Below are positions 18,821-27,649 of a DNA stretch of 45,147 nucleotides, in pieces. Positions within the stretch are counted from its first letter, which is position 1, and each line of letters opens with the position of its first letter. Source of the stretch: a virus; IMG/VR virus record IMGVR_UViG_3300010311_000419, one strand, 5' to 3'. Position numbers and translations under genes: made by a program. The notes under the pieces are model-generated. The model made no database searches. It was not told where the DNA came from and saw only the letters and a list, made by a program, of their open reading frames with translations.

Positions 18821-19101
18821 TGGACTCTGCGATTGCGATAAGATCGGCCTTCCGTTTGCCGATCATCGCTTCAAGTTCGGATATGCGTGTAACAATTGCC
18901 TCGAGTTCGGATATTTTTGCGACATCGCCTTGTATCGCTTCCACTTTGCAGAGCCTGAGCCGGGACGTCATACGCGATATTGTTTCGATGTTTCTTTTTG
19001 TGTTGTACAGCTCTAACTCTATCGTTTGGTATGCCGTGAATATGTTTCGGAATTCTTGCTCGCCCAAGTTTCTAAGCTCCATCATGTTTCGTTCGCTCAT
19101 T
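18795..19101 (-). CDS. Coiled-coil protein (102 aa from internal ATG)
   Basis: GGAGGG RBS before ATG at 19101; heptad-like ELEA repeats; track N-terminal extension is Arg-rich and non-protein-like. Confidence 0.4.
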
Positions 19102-19650
19102 TTATACCCTCCCCAGCATCGTATCCAATATGTACCGCGACCACGATTCGAGCGGCATCTTATCGAGCTCCTCGATCGTGTGCCAACGCCACTCCGGTAT
19201 CTCGTCCGATGGTTTGAGTTCGCCTGCCCACTTCGTGCAAAACGACGCCACACCGAGATGAACGCGATCAACAGCGGTTTTGTGCAGCATAATGCTGATT
19301 CGGTATTGGAGATGTACCGGTGTTACGCCAATCTCTTCGAACATCTCGCGCCGTCTCGCGTTGTCTACCGCAGGCCAGCCGTATCCGTCGTTCTCGTCCA
19401 CGTGCCCGCCGATCCCGATGGTGAGTTGATCGTGCAACCGGCTTTCACCGCTCGTCTTTTGCCGTTTGTAAGCAAGTATCTTGCCGTTGTCGCCTCTCGT
19501 GCGGTCGAACAGCACCGTATATGGTATCAGTTGCCGGTACGCGTAGTTCGTCTCGACAATGCTCCGTTCGAGGTAGACACCGCGGGCGTTTACGTATTCC
19601 ACCACGTCATCGATGTCGCTGATCGCTGGAACGCATAGTATCTTCGCCAT
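19102..19650 (-). CDS. Nudix hydrolase
   Basis: Nudix box GGHVDENDGYGWPAVDNARRREMFEEIGV. Confidence 0.75.
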   Translation of the reverse strand: MAKILCVPAISDIDDVVEYVNARGVYLERSIVETNYAYRQLIPYTVLFDRTRGDNGKILAYKRQKTSGESRLHDQLTIGIGGHVDENDGYGWPAVDNARRREMFEEIGVTPVHLQYRISIMLHKTAVDRVHLGVASFCTKWAGELKPSDEIPEWRWHTIEELDKMPLESWSRYILDTMLGRV

Positions 19651-19651
19651 C

Positions 19652-20743
19652 TCACACCTCCGTGGATCGAATCGGCATTATGTAATGCGAGGCGTTGCCA
19701 TCTTCCAACCGCATAATCTCCGCTGGCGTGCCAAGCCGTATTGTCAGATCGCTGCTTTTAACGTGTTGCGCGGATTCCAGGAAGTAGTCTGGGTTATATG
19801 CGATTTTCAACGCCGGCCCTTCAAACGCGCACGGGACAGATACGTTCATTGCGCCTTTGCCGGTAGAACGCGCGGTGAACACGAGTTCTTTGTTTGCTAC
19901 ACTCATCAACACGCTTTCCTTTGCCTCAGCGGTAACCACGCGGGCGAACTTGACAGTCTTTATCAGCGCGTCACGGTCTACGGTTACGGTTGTTTTGTGC
20001 ATTGCGCCAATCACGCGCCGATAATCTGGATATTGGAGATCGAGCTTGCGGATGATAACCTTGGTGTCCGGAGATTCTATCCCGAACGAGGTGATATTAT
20101 TGTATAACCTCACGAGCGCCGGATAGCGCTTCAGGAATGAGAGGAATATTTTCGCCCCGCCAAGTGGTATCGTGAACGCCTCGATGTCCGGGATTGGTTG
20201 CGCGGTGTCGATTGTCGCAAGCCTGAACCCGTCCGCCGTGACGAACCGGAGATGGCCGCCAACGCTTTCGAAGTGTAGCCCGTTCAACGCGCGCATCATT
20301 GGATCGGCGGCTATCGCATAGATAACGCGGTCAATCTCGCTTGAGAGTGTCGGGATGAGTTCGATCGGTTCAGCCGTTGAATCGAATATCAGCGCCGGAA
20401 AGTCTTCTGGGTCGAGCATTGGGATGTTTGCGACTCCGCCGTTGCTGTACACGTCAAGCGTCGCTTCGTTTTCTTGCTTGATGTTCAGCTGAGCGCTCGG
20501 CGCGTTTTTGGCGATCTCAAAGAGCGTCTTGGCGTCCACGGCGGTCTTGCCCGGCGATTGCGCGCTCGCCCCTTCGAGTTTGATCCGTATCGATGTTTCC
20601 ATATCCGTTGCGTACAGGTATACGGCATCACTGCATTCGATCAGCACGCTTGATAGGATCGGCTTAATCGCCTTTGCCGGCGCAACGGATACAATGTTCG
20701 TCATCGCATTTTCGAGAGTTTTCTTGTCAACTGTAAATTCCAT
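19652..20743 (-). CDS. dnaN: DNA polymerase III beta sliding clamp
   Basis: ~363 aa; NGLHFE...FVTADGFRLA-type clamp motifs; GGAGGGG RBS before ATG at 20743. Confidence 0.75.
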   Translation of the reverse strand: MEFTVDKKTLENAMTNIVSVAPAKAIKPILSSVLIECSDAVYLYATDMETSIRIKLEGASAQSPGKTAVDAKTLFEIAKNAPSAQLNIKQENEATLDVYSNGGVANIPMLDPEDFPALIFDSTAEPIELIPTLSSEIDRVIYAIAADPMMRALNGLHFESVGGHLRFVTADGFRLATIDTAQPIPDIEAFTIPLGGAKIFLSFLKRYPALVRLYNNITSFGIESPDTKVIIRKLDLQYPDYRRVIGAMHKTTVTVDRDALIKTVKFARVVTAEAKESVLMSVANKELVFTARSTGKGAMNVSVPCAFEGPALKIAYNPDYFLESAQHVKSSDLTIRLGTPAEIMRLEDGNASHYIMPIRSTEV

Positions 20744-20964
20744 AGTCCCCTCCAATGTAGTTTTCGATTTTAAGGCTGTTTTTAGCCCCTACGGGCGACG
20801 TTCGGGTTGAGTTGCGAGTGTTTTGTCACGGCGGATTTTATCGCGCGTTTTGGGGCCGTTTAACGCGTTTTGCTCTTCGTCATCCCCGGATGCCCGAAGC
20901 AACGCCGCGATAATCATGCCGATCGGCGCGCCGATGAATATGCCGATGAGGATGCCGGCGAGCA

Positions 20965-21372
20965 TTAGAACGGAACCTCGTCTTCGTTGGATAGTATTGG
21001 CGGGACAAGCGGCTCTTCGTCGAACGTCTCGGACTTGGTTTGCTCACGGTCTCGCGTGGATCGGGGCAAGAACTCGAACCGATCCATGATCACGTCGGTC
21101 GAGTTGCGTTTTGTCCCGTCTTGCGCCTCGTAGGTGTTGGTGCGGATGTGACCTTCGACGATGAGGCCGGTTCCTTTGGCGAAGTAGTTGCTGATCGTGT
21201 CGCATACCTTCCCGAACGCGACCACACGGAGCCAATCGGTTCCGGGGTTATCATTGTTCTTGGTTTTTGGCCGGCTTACACCGAGCGAGAAGTTCGCGAC
21301 GGGATCCCCACTCGGTAGATATTTAATTTCCGGATCGCGGCCGATGTAGCCGCTGACGATGATTTTATTCAT
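20965..21372 (-). CDS. ssb: Single-stranded DNA-binding protein
   Basis: OB-fold-like N-terminus and acidic C-terminal tail ending DEVPF. Confidence 0.8.
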   Translation of the reverse strand: MNKIIVSGYIGRDPEIKYLPSGDPVANFSLGVSRPKTKNNDNPGTDWLRVVAFGKVCDTISNYFAKGTGLIVEGHIRTNTYEAQDGTKRNSTDVIMDRFEFLPRSTRDREQTKSETFDEEPLVPPILSNEDEVPF

Positions 21373-21748
21373 TGATTTTCCTCCCTCCGAATTCCGTTAT
21401 AACATTGAGCTTTGTATGCTTTCTGCCCGTGATGGCCGCGCTCACGACCATCGGGCAGCACCATTTGTCGTTTTCAAACACGATGCCTTCCAGGGCGTCG
21501 ATTAAAATCTTCAGCATATTATTTGGATCCGCAAAACGTTTGTTTTTGAATTCGAACCCAATTACGAGATAGAAGAAGTTCCCGGCCGGCAGTATCTTCC
21601 AACGCGCCCGCTTCGCCGCTTGTTTGGCGCATATTTTAGCGAGCTCGACAAACGCGCGCGCTTCGGCATCGAGGTAGAGCCGCCCGTTTTGCGAGCGCTT
21701 GAAGTAATGGTTCACGCTCGGTGGGAGATCGGGGATTTCGATGATCAT
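21365..21748 (-). CDS. rusA: RusA-family Holliday junction resolvase
   Basis: MIIEIPDLPPSVNHYF start; ATG overlaps upstream stop as ATGA; track N-terminal extension rejected. Confidence 0.75.
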   Translation of the reverse strand: MIIEIPDLPPSVNHYFKRSQNGRLYLDAEARAFVELAKICAKQAAKRARWKILPAGNFFYLVIGFEFKNKRFADPNNMLKILIDALEGIVFENDKWCCPMVVSAAITGRKHTKLNVITEFGGRKINE

Positions 21749-22302
21749 CCCTTTCCCAGCTCCTTTATCGGCGCTGTGGCCTTCCCGGCGATCTCTCGCG
21801 CGAGATTGTTCACGAACGCTATCGCCATCGGGTTGTTGGTTTGAGTTGCCGCCTTCTCCCGTTGCGCGAAGCTGCCGTATATCCGCATAAAGTGCGCGCG
21901 GGTCGGCATCAGCGTGTTCTCCGTGAGGTCGCATAGCGTTCCCCAGCCGATGGAGTTCTTCGCCGCTTCCAGCTTCCAATCATCGTATGTTGGCTCGGAG
22001 TAGTAACCATATCGCGAGATATCGCGGTACACGATACCCCACGCTTCCTCTGCGCTGAGCTCCGGGTGTTGCTGTTCGCGCATCGCGTTCACGCGTTCCC
22101 ACAGGTCGGCGGGTACGGGGGCGTATTTGCTCGTTCTTACATAATCATCCACCGCGGCTTTGAGTTCATCATCCGTCATATCGTTCAGCACGGAGTACCA
22201 CGCTTTGAGCACTTCTTTGTTGCTCGTAATGCCGCGGAGCTTTTCGTAAACGGTTCCGAGCAGCATCATTGCCTCGGTGAACACTTGCTTACTTAACGCC
22301 AT
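21745..22302 (-). CDS. Hypothetical protein of the replication module
   Basis: 185 aa ORF translationally coupled to rusA; no motif recognised. Confidence 0.4.
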   Translation of the reverse strand: MALSKQVFTEAMMLLGTVYEKLRGITSNKEVLKAWYSVLNDMTDDELKAAVDDYVRTSKYAPVPADLWERVNAMREQQHPELSAEEAWGIVYRDISRYGYYSEPTYDDWKLEAAKNSIGWGTLCDLTENTLMPTRAHFMRIYGSFAQREKAATQTNNPMAIAFVNNLAREIAGKATAPIKELGKG

Positions 22303-23218
22303 TCTTTATCGCCTCCTCCGCCTGCGCTTCCTCCCAGAATGCCTTTAGCCCCGCGAACTTCTGCGCGTTAGTATCCCGGTTGTCATAGTTTCCTTCGAGT
22401 ATCTTTTGAAGGTTCGCGGGTTTGAATATCCAATCGAATCCAGCCTTGAACGATTTTGCGCGACCAGATAAAAAATCAGAATTATTCACGCGATGGAATA
22501 GATCGTAAAAAAAACCGATATCCGGATGTTCACGCCAGCGGGCGCCCACACAATCGCGTCGCGATTTGGCCCATTCGTTCGGTTCTTGGATTTGAGGAAG
22601 GGTTGAGCAGATAGAGATGAACATCTCGTAGATATCCTGATAAGGCGTCGGGTTTGATTTCGGTTTTGGAGAAGAGCGTTTTTTCGGCTCGATGCACGTT
22701 ATATTTTCTTCTAATTCTTTAGAATCTTTCTCATCTAAAGAATTAGAAGAAAAAGTCTGTTCTGTTCTTATCTCTTCTGTTCTATTCTTATATAAGCTAA
22801 CGTTTATACTATCGTTTATACTATCGTTTATACTATCGTTTATACTATCGTTTATACTATCGTTTGTACCCCTCTTTTTATAGTATAACGGTTCCTCGTT
22901 GTTGTTTGTACTATCCTTTATACCCTCTTTTTGATAGTATAAGAGCATATATTTTCCAGCTTTTCTTTGAGTCCCTTTAGAATAAGCGAGCAGCCCGCTA
23001 TCAACTAACCTTTGCCGCGCACGAATTACGGAAGGCTCTGTGGCCCCTAACTCGGCGACGAACCGGCTGTTTGGGACGGATAGAACCTTTCTCCAGCCCG
23101 AACGGTTAAACAAATCGAGTATCTTGAAGTACATATGCACCTCAAGATGGGAGAAATGGAATTCCAAATCCATCTGCCAGAACCGATTAACAAGGTCGAT
23201 GTAGGTCATGCTCATCAC
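22289..23218 (-). CDS. Putative replication initiator (origin-binding) protein
   Basis: N-terminal winged-helix-like region; gene contains the iteron/inverted-repeat cluster, as in lambda O-type initiators. Confidence 0.5.
   Translation of the reverse strand: MMSMTYIDLVNRFWQMDLEFHFSHLEVHMYFKILDLFNRSGWRKVLSVPNSRFVAELGATEPSVIRARQRLVDSGLLAYSKGTQRKAGKYMLLYYQKEGIKDSTNNNEEPLYYKKRGTNDSINDSINDSINDSINDSINVSLYKNRTEEIRTEQTFSSNSLDEKDSKELEENITCIEPKKRSSPKPKSNPTPYQDIYEMFISICSTLPQIQEPNEWAKSRRDCVGARWREHPDIGFFYDLFHRVNNSDFLSGRAKSFKAGFDWIFKPANLQKILEGNYDNRDTNAQKFAGLKAFWEEAQAEEAIKNGVK
22704..22753. repeat. 20-bp perfect inverted repeat with 10-bp spacer in an AT-rich tract next to the iterons
   Basis: TTTTCTTCTAATTCTTTAGA ... 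TCTAAAGAATTAGAAGAAAA. Confidence 0.8.
22801..22872. repeat. Iteron-like tandem repeats: 5 perfect + 1 degenerate copy of 12 bp CGTTTATACTAT
   Basis: Read directly; encodes DSIN x5 in the initiator. Confidence 0.85.
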
Positions 23219-23309
23219 CTAATTCTTGTATTTAGTTTTTATCCGCATATATTTCACCATCTCCGTATAATAGATAGCGCCCCTCATAGGCGAGAGGCGC
23301 GTTGTTTGT

Positions 23310-24191
23310 CTATTCGGTTACCGCCGGTTCCGGTTCGGCTGGTGTAGTCGTGATATCAACCCAATCGGTTTCGTCAGCGGCCGCGAACACATCTTCGTAT
23401 TCTTTTTTGGTTGTTTCATCTTGAGTCATCGAGCGTTGGATTTCCGTGGAGAGTGGGAGATACTTCGCAAGTTGCTTAATCACGGTCTTCTTTGCCATCG
23501 CGTCGTAATCGGTCGCCCAGGGGCCGTAGTCGGGGCTCTTGGAACGTTTGCGGTACTTGTCGATATCTTGCACGCTCATCACGAGGAATGAGAAACCACC
23601 GTCTTTGAACTTCGCGATCGCGTAGTAACAATAAGCCGCGCCGCGGTTCTCCAGCGCCGGGCGGTGCATCAGCTTCGGCGTAAGTCCATATTCGTACTCG
23701 AAGGCATCGCCTCGACACACCTCGTGGACGTCGAGGGTTTGGAGCTCGCCGGAACGCCGTACTAAATCAATATATCCCTTATACCCAATTTGGAACTGCA
23801 CTTCCGTCGATTTGGTTTTGTTGTTGTAGTACGGGATGAGATACGCGTGCCCGAGGATGCCGGGTTCGAGGCCGAGCTGCGCGGATAGCATCAACGCGCC
23901 AAGAAGCGATTGCGAGGAACATTCCAAAAGTTTGGGATTCTTCCTAATTTCGGTCATCGCCACCCGTAATAGGTGGTCGCTCTTGATGTGTCGTGGGAGA
24001 ACCTTCTCAATCTCAGGCGCCATCCGCTTGAATAAATCTTGGATATTCTGATAAGGGCTTACCGCTCTGCTTTGCGCCGGCTTGATAGCTGCGGGCGCCG
24101 CGCTTCCGGTTCCCGCTGTTACCACCTGCGGGCCGAGCTTCGGAGCTTGAATAATCCTCTCTTTAATCCCGTTCATCTTTGCATCCGTCAT
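23310..24191 (-). CDS. recT: RecT-family single-strand annealing protein
   Basis: AYLIPY...VQFQIGYKGYIDL motifs; partner exonuclease upstream. Confidence 0.75.
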   Translation of the reverse strand: MTDAKMNGIKERIIQAPKLGPQVVTAGTGSAAPAAIKPAQSRAVSPYQNIQDLFKRMAPEIEKVLPRHIKSDHLLRVAMTEIRKNPKLLECSSQSLLGALMLSAQLGLEPGILGHAYLIPYYNNKTKSTEVQFQIGYKGYIDLVRRSGELQTLDVHEVCRGDAFEYEYGLTPKLMHRPALENRGAAYCYYAIAKFKDGGFSFLVMSVQDIDKYRKRSKSPDYGPWATDYDAMAKKTVIKQLAKYLPLSTEIQRSMTQDETTKKEYEDVFAAADETDWVDITTTPAEPEPAVTE

Positions 24192-25135
24192 ACCGTTTCC
24201 TCCTTCACGGTGAATCGCCGTGATTGCGATTCTGTTATGTACTGGCTATATAAATCCGGGTTGGTTTTTTCGAATAGTTTCGTATCGAAGCGTTTTGAGG
24301 CTACGTTCGCCCACTTGATAGTAAACCGCCCGACGCGGGCTCGTTCGGCGTCTTTCATCGCGTCTTTGATCTGGTTCTCGAGGTAATCTTGGGATACCTC
24401 AAGCTCCTTGATGCGCGCTTTCACGTCGATAAGTTGTTCGATGATATCCGAGTATTGCGGTGGAAGCTCCACGCTTTGGCCCGCGTTCGCGTTAGGGTAG
24501 AGGCGATTCATAATATCGCCGTGGAGCTCGGCTTTGCTCTCCGATATCGGCGGCGGGGTTTGGGTTTCTACGCAGCGCCAGAACTCCGATTCCTTCGCGA
24601 TCATCATCTCGATCAGCTCTTCGTCGCGTTCGATCTCTTTCCACTCGAACCGGTTCCCGCCGATCAGTACCGCAACATAGGCCTTCTCGGCGCCCGTGAC
24701 GGCGAGGTAGTGCGTAACTTGGATGATATATTCCTCCGGTATCTCCCCGTCCCACCACTCTTTGCTGTTCCACGCACTGGTGGTTTTGCACTCAAGGATT
24801 GCGTTCTCACCCACCACTCGGCGGTCGATGTTAGCGATCATGAATTGATGTTCCGGGTGAATCAGGATGCGGTTCACGCGTTGAACCTTCTTCCCGGTTC
24901 GCTTGGTGAACTCATCCGCAACAACCGATTCAAGCACGTTTCCCCAGTACGCGGCCTCGCCCGCTTCAGGTTGCTCGATCTCACCGCTCTTCTCGAGGTA
25001 CAGTTGCAACGGCGACTTCCACCTCGACACGCCGATCGCCGCTGCCGCGTCCGAGCCGCCTATCCCCTTCATTCTGGCGGCCTTCCATTCTTCATATGTC
25101 ATTTCTAATGTTTTAATACCAACCGCTACTTTCAT
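24188..25135 (-). CDS. YqaJ-like (lambda Exo family) recombination exonuclease
   Basis: GIGGSDAAAAIG...SPLQLY N-terminal motifs, PD-(D/E)xK-type; adjacent to recT. Confidence 0.7.
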   Translation of the reverse strand: MKVAVGIKTLEMTYEEWKAARMKGIGGSDAAAAIGVSRWKSPLQLYLEKSGEIEQPEAGEAAYWGNVLESVVADEFTKRTGKKVQRVNRILIHPEHQFMIANIDRRVVGENAILECKTTSAWNSKEWWDGEIPEEYIIQVTHYLAVTGAEKAYVAVLIGGNRFEWKEIERDEELIEMMIAKESEFWRCVETQTPPPISESKAELHGDIMNRLYPNANAGQSVELPPQYSDIIEQLIDVKARIKELEVSQDYLENQIKDAMKDAERARVGRFTIKWANVASKRFDTKLFEKTNPDLYSQYITESQSRRFTVKEETV

Positions 25136-25323
25136 AATTCATCCTCCTCTTCGTCATCCGGCGCGATAACCGAAATATCTTCGACGCGTTTTTTATTCAA
25201 ATACGAATGCAGCATCTGAACTCTCACATGGAGCGGATACGCCGGCCAACCCGCATCTTTTTCCAATTCGGTGATAGCTTTCAAACGGTCTTCCCGTGGA
25301 TACGCGCACAAATCTTTTAGCAT
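25132..25323 (-). CDS. Hypothetical early protein (63 aa)
   Basis: ORF track; GAGGAGAAGG RBS. Confidence 0.4.
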   Translation of the reverse strand: MLKDLCAYPREDRLKAITELEKDAGWPAYPLHVRVQMLHSYLNKKRVEDISVIAPDDEEEDEL

Positions 25324-25339
25324 CCTTCTCCTCTGTCTT

Positions 25340-25465
25340 TCAACACGTCGTTAGCCCCTTAATCGCTTCGCTTTTCACGAACGCGATATCACCGATCTTG
25401 TGTCTCGGTTCGGAAAGCGCGTCCAGCAGGTCAAGGTCATCATATTTCGTGCGGTATCTTTCCAT
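25340..25465 (-). CDS. Hypothetical small early protein (41 aa)
   Basis: Hand-called; GGAGGG RBS 6 nt before ATG; below track length cutoff. Confidence 0.35.
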   Translation of the reverse strand: MERYRTKYDDLDLLDALSEPRHKIGDIAFVKSEAIKGLTTC

Positions 25466-25476
25466 CGTTATCCCTC

Positions 25477-25650
25477 CTACGCCGTCAAGTACAGCTCGAG
25501 TTCGTCGAGCCCATACTTACGGCATATTTTTGTCACGCGTTCACCGCGCGCTTTCGCTGCACGCGCTTGGTAGTTGTTCTTGATTGTCCGGGTCTCCATA
25601 TCGCGGATGTAAGCTCGTAGCAAGTCTTTGATTACCTCGTTCCATTCCAT
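25477..25650 (-). CDS. Hypothetical small early protein (57 aa)
   Basis: Hand-called; AGGAGG RBS 6 nt before ATG; overlapping track ORF 25541..25759 is in another frame and lacks an RBS. Confidence 0.4.
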   Translation of the reverse strand: MEWNEVIKDLLRAYIRDMETRTIKNNYQARAAKARGERVTKICRKYGLDELELYLTA

Positions 25651-25807
25651 GTTCTTCCTCCTTTTGTTTTTGCTCCCAGCAGAAAAGCCGGTGAGCGAGT
25701 GTTTTTGATAGTTGCTCTTTTGTCACTCTCATCATCTCCTTCGTGGTACCCATATTCACTTTTCAATGACCCGACAAATCAAAGTGCCGCGGCGTGGTTA
25801 TAACGTG

Positions 25808-26026
25808 TTATTGTATTTGTGATTCGTTGCTTGAAAACGAGCGCATAAACGAGTAGAAGTCGCGCTCGGATACACCAAGGGCTTCAGCAAGTTTGATCAT
25901 TGTGTCGTGAGATGGTTTTCTAACGCCTCGTTCTAAGTGGAAGATATAGCTTTCACTAACACCGACTTTTGCGGCCAGTTCAGTTCTGGTAAGGCTTTTT
26001 TGTTTCCGTAAATCACTAAGAGTCAT
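25808..26026 (-). CDS. Cro-like HTH (XRE family) regulator
   Basis: LTRTELAAKVGVSESYIFHLERG; AAGGTGA RBS; divergent from cI-like gene. Confidence 0.7.
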   Translation of the reverse strand: MTLSDLRKQKSLTRTELAAKVGVSESYIFHLERGVRKPSHDTMIKLAEALGVSERDFYSFMRSFSSNESQIQ

Positions 26027-26131
26027 TAAATCACCTTCTTTCTTACAGAGAGTAGTATATCACGTATTTTACTCTTTGTCAATACTAAGCACAAAACCTT
26101 ACTTAAAGTCTTTTGACTAAGAGCGAAGAGG
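26027..26131. promoter_or_regulatory. Divergent switch region between cro-like and cI-like genes
   Basis: Minus: TTGACA (26082-26077), 17 bp, TATACT (26059-26054). Plus: TTGACT (26113-26118), 17 bp, TAAAAT (26136-26141). Repeated ACTAAG half-site-like motifs at 26085 and 26116. Confidence 0.45.
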
Positions 26132-26485
26132 GTGCTAAAATTGATTGCAATGGGCTTTGAAGCTAAAACAACAGGAAAAAGAATCGCGGATATTCGAGGT
26201 AAGAATAATATTAGTCAAGAGAAGTTGGCTGAAACGCTAAGCAAGAGCGTATCCCTGATTTCTCTTTACGAGGGCGGGCATCGTGTACCACCGCCAGATG
26301 TTTTGTACCAGCTTTCAGAATTGTTTGGGGTATCTGTGGATTATTTGCTTGGCCTTACCGACAACCCAAAGCCGATCGGAGGTTTACCTCCCGACTACGC
26401 TCGTCTAAAAGCGATCGAGGTGGAATTGGAGAAGATCGACCTCGCGCGGATCATCGAGATCGAGCGGCTGATGCGGAAGTTATAG
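26132..26485 (+). CDS. CI-like HTH (XRE family) repressor
   Basis: ISQEKLAETLSKSVSLISLYEGG HTH; only plus-strand gene in the early region; may start at ATG 26150 as a leaderless mRNA. Confidence 0.65.
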   Translation: MLKLIAMGFEAKTTGKRIADIRGKNNISQEKLAETLSKSVSLISLYEGGHRVPPPDVLYQLSELFGVSVDYLLGLTDNPKPIGGLPPDYARLKAIEVELEKIDLARIIEIERLMRKL

Positions 26486-26602
26486 AACGCCAATTGAACG
26501 TGTATAGAACGTGTTTGCTACACCAAGACGCGGTTCTTTCCATTTTGGAAATAACCACCCATTTTCGTGACGCCACGAAAAAGGCCAACTATCGAGTAAT
26601 CC

Positions 26603-27340
26603 TTAAAAAAGCCTCTGCTGTCTATCTTCTCTGTCAAACCTTTGCTCAAGTTCGAATATCGTCTTGTCGCGCGTGAAAGTGTTACACCTATCATTAAAAT
26701 CGCTTCCCCACTTCAGCAGAAGTTGCCATAAATAATTATAGTTTTTCTTGAGAAGGCGCAAAGAACCAAGCCTTTGCTTGTTGCAAAACCAGCACCCACC
26801 GCGAGCCAAATCGGTATATATAGGCGACACAAGATCAAGCGATTCGCATATCGCCATCGCTTCCCGCTCGGTTATTTTATAATCAACTAATGGCGCTTTT
26901 ATGTTTCCAACAATCTTACCGTGCCTTTTTGGCTCATCGTAGGCATAGCCTATATACTGAATGCCTTTGTTGGTTTGATGTTTTTTTAAGACCTTCTGTT
27001 TTAATTCGCTTACACACCAGCTTCCTATTATGTTTGGAAACCCATACATTTTGCCTGGGTATTTACCTCTTTTTCTTATCCTGTGGTAAATTTCCTCGAA
27101 CGTATAATCAGAACTAACACGCTCGACCTCTATTCCATATCGATCCAGAATAATTTTATCCGCTTTGTTTTTGAAGTCAACCATAGGCGGTAAATCCGCT
27201 GGTATATCCTTTGTAGCCCAGATTTCCGCGTGTATGATTCTTGTTAATGGCAGTTTATTCTGATGTATAACTTCTAACATTGCAAGACTGTCTTTTCCGT
27301 AACTTATTGATGCTACATACTCCAGTAACTCGTCGACCAT
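26603..27340 (-). CDS. PAPS-reductase-like (PP-loop ATP pyrophosphatase family, DndC-like) protein
   Basis: PP-loop-like SYGKDS near N-terminus and C-terminal GGCWFC; AGGAG RBS before second ATG at 27340. Confidence 0.6.
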   Translation of the reverse strand: MVDELLEYVASISYGKDSLAMLEVIHQNKLPLTRIIHAEIWATKDIPADLPPMVDFKNKADKIILDRYGIEVERVSSDYTFEEIYHRIRKRGKYPGKMYGFPNIIGSWCVSELKQKVLKKHQTNKGIQYIGYAYDEPKRHGKIVGNIKAPLVDYKITEREAMAICESLDLVSPIYTDLARGGCWFCNKQRLGSLRLLKKNYNYLWQLLLKWGSDFNDRCNTFTRDKTIFELEQRFDREDRQQRLF

Positions 27341-27649
27341 GGTAGGGTTGCTCCTCGTCAAAAATTATCCCCGCCCGCGGGGGTGGTGCGAGCGGGGAAC
27401 CAATGTGGTGTTTTTATTTCAAGAAAAAGGGGTCGAAAAATACCCCCTGCCGGTGTCCCGCCAGCAGAGGGCAAACGGAGGTATCACGTGTAGAAAGGAG
27501 GAGTTTTATCGGGGCGTTCGTTAGTCGCAATTAGTCGCAATTGGTGGTTTCGTCATTTTTTCTAGAACCTTAACCCGCCTCGGCCAGCGTTTCAGGTTTT
27601 CTATCGCTTCCGGAGAATACTCCTCTTCGAGGGGTTTAGAATATAATAT

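Noticed and set aside
20789-20965. Small transmembrane ORF apparently starting on the SSB stop codon
   Set aside because: On recounting against the printed sequence my first translation had inserted a base; the real frame stops after 16 codons, so no gene is called.
21297-21303. Apparent extra G in a G-run near the ssb 5' end, suggesting a frameshift
   Set aside because: My hand count of this interval (409 nt) disagrees by one base with the intact 135-aa ORF in the provided track; I treat it as my counting error, not a real frameshift.
21748-21979. Track's N-terminal extension of the RusA ORF
   Set aside because: Arg/Gly/Asp-rich translation overlapping the 3' end of the upstream gene; the internal ATG at 21748 overlaps the upstream stop as ATGA and starts the conserved RusA N-terminus.
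26494-26676. 60-aa plus-strand ORF downstream of the cI-like gene
   Set aside because: No RBS, overlaps the 3' end of the PAPS-reductase-like gene on the other strand, and low-complexity translation.
27339-27524. 61-aa plus-strand ORF in the non-coding region downstream of iscB
   Set aside because: Lies in GC-hairpin and repeat-containing non-coding sequence, has no RBS and is antisense to the operon direction.
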